Positions 57,607-64,000 of a stretch of DNA of 64,000 bases are shown piece by piece (position 1 is the first letter of the stretch; each line of letters opens with the position of its first letter). The notes under the pieces were generated by a model that searched no databases, had not been told where the DNA came from, and saw only the letters and a program-made list of their open reading frames with translations. The position numbers and the translations under genes were made by a program. This stretch comes from Candidatus Hydrogenedentota bacterium (GTDB lineage: Bacteria > Hydrogenedentota > Hydrogenedentia > Hydrogenedentales > SLHB01): contig CAVUWV010000018.1 of NCBI GenBank assembly GCA_963745075.1, positions 64,001-128,000 on the forward strand. Reading direction: 5' to 3'.

Positions 57607-60057
57607 CTATTCCTCCCAAGCGGTGTCTACGCCCACGGCTTCCGGCGCCTCGTCCAAGAAGTACAATTCCAATTCCCACACCGTGTACCCCGGACCCGGA
57701 TCGAAGAAGTAGATCTCGGCGGTATAGTTGTTCTCGGCGTTGGGCTGCTGAAGCACGAAGGGATGAATTTCACCGGACTGCATGTCGCGAAGAAAGACGG
57801 TTCCGGCACGTGCGGGTAGGGGTGCGAAAAATGTCGTGGTATCGGAATGTATCGGGTCGGCCGCAATGTGTTCGATCGCGACCTGATCCCTTTGAACTTT
57901 GAGAATGTCTTTTCCGTCTACCATACCCTTCCAATGGAGCACCTTCACGGCGTCCTCCGCGCGCGCGACGACAAGCTCTTTGTCCTTCTCCTGATGGGCA
58001 AGAATAAGTTCCGACACTTCCGACGGATCCGGAGCGGCCGCCAATTTCGCTTCCGCCGCATCGAGGTCATCCAACGCGTCGCGGGCGTTAATCCGGAATT
58101 GATCGATTCCATAAAGCTTGTATCCGAACCCAGGCGCGGCGCGGAACTCCGCAACGGCCGAATCGAGCCGATCGAGTTCGGCTGCAAGGAGCGAGCGGAA
58201 TTCATCCGTACGCTGTTCGCGATAGTCGAAATACGCGAAGCAGGTTTTTACGTAGGCGTGGTTTGTCGCGATGAGCGCCCGGGCCAGTTCCAACGAGTCC
58301 ATCACGTGGCTTGCGACGTTCGGGTCGTCAAACAGCGGCTTCGCCTTCTCCCCCAGCGCCTGCATGTGTTCAACCAGATAGTGTCCTACAAGAAGGTAGG
58401 CGAGAGCTTCCTCTTTGTGCGGTTTGGACGGTACGTACATAGTATCGTGCAACCATTGGATGTGTTCTTTGCCCCGGTCAATCGCTGGGAAGCCGCGCAG
58501 CACGAACGTCGTAAGGCGCAAGTGCGGGAGCGTATTCCACTCGACCGACTCCGCAACGGGCTTGATGTACAAACCGTGTCTGTACGCGTCGCCGGAGAGC
58601 ATGATAACTTCGCCCATCGTCTGGGCGGTCTTGCGTCCAAAGTGAATGGAAGCGAAATCCTCCGCAATGGTTCGGGGGTCCTCCAAGGGATCCCATGACA
58701 TCCGAAATGCTGTGTACACGGTCAACTCTCCGGACCCCCACCCCGCACCGGAGGCCGATCCGAACTGGGACCCCACGATGTTGCTGTCCTGACCGCGCCA
58801 AAGCTTGTCGAACCCTTTTTGGAAATACAGACCAGGGTAGGTTGGGAAGATCTTCTCAGACCCGCCTTCGTGATAGTTCATGGACGCGAGCAACACGAGC
58901 ATCTTATGCGGCGTGAGGTTAAACGTGGGATTGATGGGCTGGTAGAACCAGCGGTCGCCACGGGTCAGGTACGGGGAAAGATACAGGTTCTTCGTCGGTA
59001 CTGCGCCGGTGAAGATGGCGCGATAAACGTCCGCGTTGGAGTGTTGTTCGGTCGAGCCGGTGACCCAGGTTCGGTGGTAGTAGAGCTTGTCGAACTCCCC
59101 GACCACGACTTCATGCATCTTCTGCACAAAAGTCCGGTAGCGGCGTTCGAGGGGCCAGTCGGGGACCTCCGGTTCGTGCATGACGTCGTAGGGTTTCCAA
59201 GGCTCGACGACCCGGGTCAGTTCACCCGTGCGAATGCGGACGCCGTCAATGCCGGGCATGGCGGTGAGCAGACGCCGGTACTTGTCCTGCAACATATCCC
59301 ACAACGCGTCGTCGTCCGGGTTCGTCGTCGCGTCGAACGTCGCCAGTACGTCCGGAAGATAAGAAAACTCGTCGGCCACGGTGAAGAACTTCATATGTAA
59401 CGCATGCGCGTAGTCGATCAGGGGTTGAGTCTCGCTGCGGTGTTGGGCGTTCTCCGTCGCCAATGGCTCGACATCGTAGGGAACGAGCGCGTTCGTGTCG
59501 GCGCTGGTCGTCCAGTTGACGGTAAACCGGAGTGCGTCGCGCATCGCTCCCTGGCTCGGCCCGCCACCGGAACGGATACTAAAGGCCGGCGCGCGAACCA
59601 GATTCAGGTCGGGCACTTCCTTGAAGACGCGCAGGCGATCCCAGAGCCAGTAGAGGCCGTAGACATCGCCCTCGATCGCCCCCCCGGCAATGACGATGAC
59701 ACGGTCATTACCGATTCGTCCGCTGCGGATTTCGAACCCCTGAGGATTTCTAACACCGAGAAGTTTCAGCGAGACTTCCTTCGCGGTGGTCTCCGCAAGC
59801 GGATTGCGGGACGCATCGCCCAGTACGATGCGGTGACCGGACAGGGGAGTGTTCGGATCGTACACGCTGAATTGAATTCCGAGGTCCGAACCCGCACTTT
59901 GCAGATCATTGATGGCAAGTGCGACGGCCTTGTCGTCCCGTTGAGTAGGGCCGAGTACTATCCCCCACTCTTCCGCCCTCGCGGCTTTTGGAAAGACCAT
60001 CACATTTAGAAGCAGAAAAAGCGCCACCGCTACTTTACGCACGACGTACTCCCCCAT
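57607..60057 (-). CDS. secreted glycoside-hydrolase-like protein with GH20b/GH67-N-type first domain
   Basis: Signal peptide; QGFEIR...VIVIAGG...GDVYGLYWL...P-x-F-x-IR; 816 aa. Confidence 0.65.
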   Translation of the reverse strand: MGEYVVRKVAVALFLLLNVMVFPKAARAEEWGIVLGPTQRDDKAVALAINDLQSAGSDLGIQFSVYDPNTPLSGHRIVLGDASRNPLAETTAKEVSLKLLGVRNPQGFEIRSGRIGNDRVIVIAGGAIEGDVYGLYWLWDRLRVFKEVPDLNLVRAPAFSIRSGGGPSQGAMRDALRFTVNWTTSADTNALVPYDVEPLATENAQHRSETQPLIDYAHALHMKFFTVADEFSYLPDVLATFDATTNPDDDALWDMLQDKYRRLLTAMPGIDGVRIRTGELTRVVEPWKPYDVMHEPEVPDWPLERRYRTFVQKMHEVVVGEFDKLYYHRTWVTGSTEQHSNADVYRAIFTGAVPTKNLYLSPYLTRGDRWFYQPINPTFNLTPHKMLVLLASMNYHEGGSEKIFPTYPGLYFQKGFDKLWRGQDSNIVGSQFGSASGAGWGSGELTVYTAFRMSWDPLEDPRTIAEDFASIHFGRKTAQTMGEVIMLSGDAYRHGLYIKPVAESVEWNTLPHLRLTTFVLRGFPAIDRGKEHIQWLHDTMYVPSKPHKEEALAYLLVGHYLVEHMQALGEKAKPLFDDPNVASHVMDSLELARALIATNHAYVKTCFAYFDYREQRTDEFRSLLAAELDRLDSAVAEFRAAPGFGYKLYGIDQFRINARDALDDLDAAEAKLAAAPDPSEVSELILAHQEKDKELVVARAEDAVKVLHWKGMVDGKDILKVQRDQVAIEHIAADPIHSDTTTFFAPLPARAGTVFLRDMQSGEIHPFVLQQPNAENNYTAEIYFFDPGPGYTVWELELYFLDEAPEAVGVDTAWEE

Positions 60058-60197
60058 GGTAAGGTTTCATCACCGGCTCGTATGGGCTCAGTATACGGAA
60101 TTTGCACGGGTCGTGCAGTCCGGACGCCCGCAACACAGTAGTCGTTGCCGTGCCATGACGAACCGTATAGAATCGCGGGGATTGGAGGTTTCAGTAT

Positions 60198-60728
60198 ATG
60201 GACGGTTGCGAATCCGTGGTTATTCGTCCGGAAACACCGGACGATTTCGACGCTGTGACGCAAGTGAACGAGAACGCTTTCGGACGTCCGGACGAGGCGA
60301 AGCTGGTGGCTGCGTTGCGGGAACAGGCATATCCGATCGTGTCGCTCGTTGCGGTCCGGGACGAACGCGTCGTGGGTCACATTCTTTTCACGCCGGTAAT
60401 CGCGGAGGAGGCGCTGGTGACACCGGGCCTACTCATGGGTCTCGCGCCGATGGCGGTCCGGCTCGGCAACCAGCGCGCGGGAATCGGTTCGCAGCTTGTG
60501 CGCACCGGGTTGGAAGCGTGCACCACGCTGGGTTGCGCCGCCGTCGTCGTGCTCGGACATCCGGAGTACTATCCGCGTTTTGGTTTCGTGCCCGCGTCCA
60601 CGTTTGGACTGCGCAGCGAGTATCCGGTGCCGGATGAGATCTTCATGGCGATGGAGCTTGTGCCCGATGCCTTGGAGGCGTGCCACGGCGTAATCAAATA
60701 TCATCCGGCTTTCGCGGACCTTGAATAG
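60198..60728 (+). CDS. GNAT N-acetyltransferase (YhbS-like)
   Basis: IRPET...AF...EAKLV, GLAPMAV, QRAGIGSQLV, VLGHPEYYPRFGF. Confidence 0.92.
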   Translation: MDGCESVVIRPETPDDFDAVTQVNENAFGRPDEAKLVAALREQAYPIVSLVAVRDERVVGHILFTPVIAEEALVTPGLLMGLAPMAVRLGNQRAGIGSQLVRTGLEACTTLGCAAVVVLGHPEYYPRFGFVPASTFGLRSEYPVPDEIFMAMELVPDALEACHGVIKYHPAFADLE

Positions 60729-60775
60729 ACGAGACCTATCCGGACAATCAATCACACATAGAAGGATCTATTCTC

Positions 60776-61642
60776 ATGGCGCACGGAACGGTCCGGATCG
60801 GCGGCATACAAATCGCCGGCCTCGAACGGGAGAAGTCACGCAACATTCAACACGCGGAGGATCACATTCGCCGCGTGGCCGACATGGGCGCACAGATCGT
60901 GCTCAGCCCGGAGGTTGTTACAACGGGATTCGTGGGCGGCGACGATGAGCGCGCCATGGCCGAACCCATCCCCGGTCCCACAACCGAGCGATTCGCAAAA
61001 CTTGCGCAGGAATTGGATGTGCATGCCCTAATCGGGCTGTCGGAACTGCGCGATGATCGACTTCACAACGCGATAGCGGTTCTGAATCGGACCGGCGATC
61101 TGATGGGCGTGATGCGGAAGGTGCACATCAATCGGTATGAAACAGCGGGCGGCTGGACCAATGGCAGCGAGTTCCCGGTATGGGAGTTTCACACCGATAC
61201 CGGTGCGATGACCGGCGGCGTGATGATTTGCTACGACCGGGAAGTGCCGGAAAGCGCGCGGCTGCTCATGCTCAGCGGCGCGGACGTCATTTTCAATCCG
61301 CTCTGCTGCAACTGTCCCACCGACGAGATTCACCGGTGTCTGTTGCGAACGCGGGCCTTTGAGAATGAGGTGTACGTGTTTATGGTGAACCATGCGGCGC
61401 CCCGCTGTAACGGTCACAGCTTTGCCATCGATTTCAACGGATACATCCGTGCGGAGCTCGATAAGCGCGAAGGCGTCTTTGTTTTTGAAGCCGATTTGGA
61501 TGCACTCGTTGCCCATCGTGAGAACGGCATCTACGGGAAACACCACCGGCGTCCGGAATTGTATGCGCCGCTATCGGATCCGGCAGGACAGATTCACCCC
61601 GCAGATGCGAACGTACCGAACCGGCCCAGTCGAGTCGGATAG
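60776..61642 (+). CDS. carbon-nitrogen hydrolase (nitrilase superfamily)
   Basis: Glu-Lys-Cys triad: SPEV, RKVH, ICYDREVPE; RRPELY. Confidence 0.9.
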   Translation: MAHGTVRIGGIQIAGLEREKSRNIQHAEDHIRRVADMGAQIVLSPEVVTTGFVGGDDERAMAEPIPGPTTERFAKLAQELDVHALIGLSELRDDRLHNAIAVLNRTGDLMGVMRKVHINRYETAGGWTNGSEFPVWEFHTDTGAMTGGVMICYDREVPESARLLMLSGADVIFNPLCCNCPTDEIHRCLLRTRAFENEVYVFMVNHAAPRCNGHSFAIDFNGYIRAELDKREGVFVFEADLDALVAHRENGIYGKHHRRPELYAPLSDPAGQIHPADANVPNRPSRVG

Positions 61643-61686
61643 ACGCTACGGTTACACCTCTGGCAAGTAACGCTCAAGGAGCACTC

Positions 61687-62322
61687 ATGAGTTACATCGT
61701 TCCCGAAGATATCGAAACCTACGTGGAGCAGCACACGTCGGACCCGGCGGAGATCTTTCACGCGCTCAAAACCGTGACGAAAGAAAAGATGGAGCACCAC
61801 CGCATGCAGGTGGGCAAAGTCGAAGGCGGGTTCCTGCGGTTGCTTGTTCGCATATCGAACGCGCGCCGCATCGTCGAAATTGGAACCTTCACCGGGTACA
61901 GCGCGCTCTGTATGGCCGAGGGCATGGCGGACGGCGGCACGGTTATCACCTGCGACGTGGACCCGGAAGCGACGGCGATCGCGAGAGAATACTGGGCGCA
62001 AAGTCCCCATGGCGAGAAGATCGACTTGCGACTTGGTCCGGCGCTCGAGAGCATTGAGTCCCTTGATGGCCCCATCGACATGGTGTTTATCGACGCGGAC
62101 AAACAGAACTATGTGAATTACTGGGAAGCGATCCTGCCGAAGGTTCGAACGGGTGGTCTGCTGGTCGCCGACAACGTACTGTGGAGCGGACGCGTTCTCA
62201 AACCGGAGAAGCGGTCGGATTTCGCCGTGGACCGATTCAACAAGCACGTCGTCACGGATCGGCGCGTGGAGGCGGTGATGCTATCCGTACGCGACGGGGT
62301 AACGCTGGCCTGGAAGAAATGA
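61687..62322 (+). CDS. O-methyltransferase (caffeoyl-CoA OMT / Methyltransf_3 family)
   Basis: VEIGTFTGYS, FIDADK, DNVLWSG, RDGV. Confidence 0.92.
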   Translation: MSYIVPEDIETYVEQHTSDPAEIFHALKTVTKEKMEHHRMQVGKVEGGFLRLLVRISNARRIVEIGTFTGYSALCMAEGMADGGTVITCDVDPEATAIAREYWAQSPHGEKIDLRLGPALESIESLDGPIDMVFIDADKQNYVNYWEAILPKVRTGGLLVADNVLWSGRVLKPEKRSDFAVDRFNKHVVTDRRVEAVMLSVRDGVTLAWKK

Positions 62323-62390
62323 TGGGGCGGATGTTTCCACCCGCCCCGATTCGGTGTGTGGCTGACTTCATTCAGGAACGGTACGTTAAA

Positions 62391-62777
62391 TTACCGTTCG
62401 GGAACCCACACTTGCTGGTGTTCGTACAGGGGTTCGACCCAACGTTGCCGGGCCTCGTAGTGGCCGGGGATCTTCTTCAGGCCGAACAGGCCTTTTCGAT
62501 CCGTCGGCACCCACACATTGTAGGTTTCGTAGTGGCCTTTTCGTACGAGTACCTGCTGGCGCTCGAAGTGGCCGGGTTCCTGTTCTTCGACGTGGATCCG
62601 GTATTCCGGTTTTCGTTCGATAATCCGGAGTTCGGGCTCGGACTCGAACGTGGCCGTCTCGTGATCTCCGGCCATGTAACCGGTGTCATCCGCATCTGCG
62701 GACGCTGCGGGGGATATGAGCGGTCCGGCGCCGAGGAGTGCGCCAACCGCGACTATCGTTGTGAATCGCGAACGCAT
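62391..62777 (-). CDS. secreted GH[YF]E/VWVP repeat protein (paralog 2)
   Basis: RBS AAAGGAG, signal peptide, repeated PGHFE/GHYE...VWVP. Confidence 0.75.
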   Translation of the reverse strand: MRSRFTTIVAVGALLGAGPLISPAASADADDTGYMAGDHETATFESEPELRIIERKPEYRIHVEEQEPGHFERQQVLVRKGHYETYNVWVPTDRKGLFGLKKIPGHYEARQRWVEPLYEHQQVWVPER

Positions 62778-62842
62778 AATGGTCTCCTTTCGAAGTTGTA
62801 TGAAACGCCATGTCGTCAGGCATCTGACAACGGCAAACCGAG

Positions 62843-63280
62843 CTACCGTTCAGGTACCCAAACCTTGTGGTGTTCATATTCATCCGGGACCCAGCGTTGC
62901 CGCGTCTCGTAGTGACCATGGAACGTTGCGTCCAAATCAGGATCGTACCGTTCCGGTATCCACACCTTGTACTCTTCAAAATGTCCCGGTCGCACTAAGA
63001 GCTGATGGTCTTCGTAGTGTCCGGGTCTTTCGATCCGCACCCGCAATTCGGGTTCAGGTCGAATGATGCGGATTTCCGGTTCACGCTCGATGACGATGTC
63101 TTTCGCCAACACGACCGCGTCATTTGCGGTACCTACGACATCGGCTTGAGCGTCTTGCCCAGAAATCCGGTCCATCGAGGGGTTGGGGGTTGCTGCAACA
63201 GCAAAGGGCGCGGCCACGAACAACGCGCCGATGCCCGCCGCCGTGCAGAACAGCCCGATCGGTGAGAAACGTGACTTCAT
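62843..63280 (-). CDS. secreted GH[YF]E/VWVP repeat protein (paralog 1)
   Basis: RBS AAAGGAGG, signal peptide, same repeats and identical VWVPER C-terminus. Confidence 0.75.
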   Translation of the reverse strand: MKSRFSPIGLFCTAAGIGALFVAAPFAVAATPNPSMDRISGQDAQADVVGTANDAVVLAKDIVIEREPEIRIIRPEPELRVRIERPGHYEDHQLLVRPGHFEEYKVWIPERYDPDLDATFHGHYETRQRWVPDEYEHHKVWVPER

Positions 63281-63552
63281 GATTCGGCCTCCTTTCTGCC
63301 GATCTGAACGACGTTCATTTCCCCGAATCGTTCTTGCAATGGAAACATCCGCAAATTGGAGGGTATTCGCGCGCTCCGATTAACAGCCGAAACAAGCCGG
63401 TCTTGTAGTATCGCGCCAACGACTTATACTTTCCGAAATCAAGAAATGAAAAAGTCTGAAAACTGTCAATGGTTCGCAGAAATGTGCTGATGTCAAGCGG
63501 ACCAACGACCCGCGGATCGGAAAGTTGTCAACGGAAGCGGCAATTTGGCCAA

Positions 63553-64000
63553 CTATGAAGTGGAAGGAGTTTCTCGACGAAAGTCAGCTGCCCCCAGCGC
63601 CAATGAGAGCCAGAAGATAAGATTCGTCACGACGACGCTCAGCGCAATGGCAGCGGCCAGGACATCGGATGGAACGCCGCCTACTTCGTGGATAAGCACC
63701 GCGGTCGTCAAATACGGTACGCCGGTGGCGTTGGGGGTAATGGGGATCGCGCTGGTGATGGCGTGGACGCCCTTGGCAGCCGCCATCAGGGAGAAACCGA
63801 CCGGCCAGCCGAAGCACTGATACAACAACATCCCCGCCCAGACGTCCATGCACCCCGCGATCATGGTAATCGCGGCTGTCGCGGGAAGCACGCGTCGCAG
63901 TGCCACTATCGCGGTCGCCATTTCCGCGAGCGCCAACGCGGCACGATGCCCGAGCGATGCCGGCCGGAATCGGTCCGCGACTGCGAGAAAGAATGCGCGA
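63553..64000 (-). CDS. LPG synthase TM / flippase-like (UPF0104) membrane protein, 5'-truncated
   Basis: Multiple hydrophobic helices with SAIPITPNATG motif. Confidence 0.6.
   Translation of the reverse strand, partial: RAFFLAVADRFRPASLGHRAALALAEMATAIVALRRVLPATAAITMIAGCMDVWAGMLLYQCFGWPVGFSLMAAAKGVHAITSAIPITPNATGVPYLTTAVLIHEVGGVPSDVLAAAIALSVVVTNLIFWLSLALGAADFRRETPSTS

Noticed and set aside
63460..63535. Three minus-strand TTGACA hexamers upstream of the repeat proteins
   Set aside because: Irregular spacing and no convincing -10 partner identified
1..64000. CRISPR array, cas genes, prophage, integrase, rRNA
   Set aside because: No regularly spaced repeats or recognisable marker genes found by eye

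Overview
A 64-kb, GC-rich bacterial chromosomal segment, probably a long-read assembly of an uncultured diderm lineage; the taxon cannot be fixed from this sequence. Several genes carry single-base frameshifts that look like indel errors. The left part (1-25.5 kb) is mostly core genes on the + strand: an ECF sigma/anti-sigma pair, a regulatory-type PTS cluster (hpf-hprK-rapZ-ptsH-ptsI), dxr-rseP, aspartate kinase and pyk, a bacillithiol operon led by a methyltransferase (candidate nmbA-bshC-bshB1-bshA), and an ExbB/ExbD-TPR-VWA-GHMP kinase operon. The middle (25.5-47.5 kb) holds accessory genes: ndh, PilZ, bfr, an RND pump, a sulfatase, an IS630 element, RluA, a methyltransferase, a radical SAM enzyme, tRNA-Arg(CCT), oxidoreductases, an SPFH gene with an RHH regulator split by a 160-bp inverted-repeat element, and a DUF3592 pair. 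The right part has a minimal murC-ftsQ-ftsZ-pilT operon without ftsA, glycoside-hydrolase-like proteins, an IS1202-family element with a 16-bp target duplication, MFS, GNAT, nitrilase and O-methyltransferase genes, and two paralogous secreted GH[YF]E/VWxP-repeat proteins. Two small hydrophobic ORFs (38 and 40 aa), each with its own promoter and RBS, are below the ORF-track cutoff. No CRISPR array, rRNA or prophage was seen.
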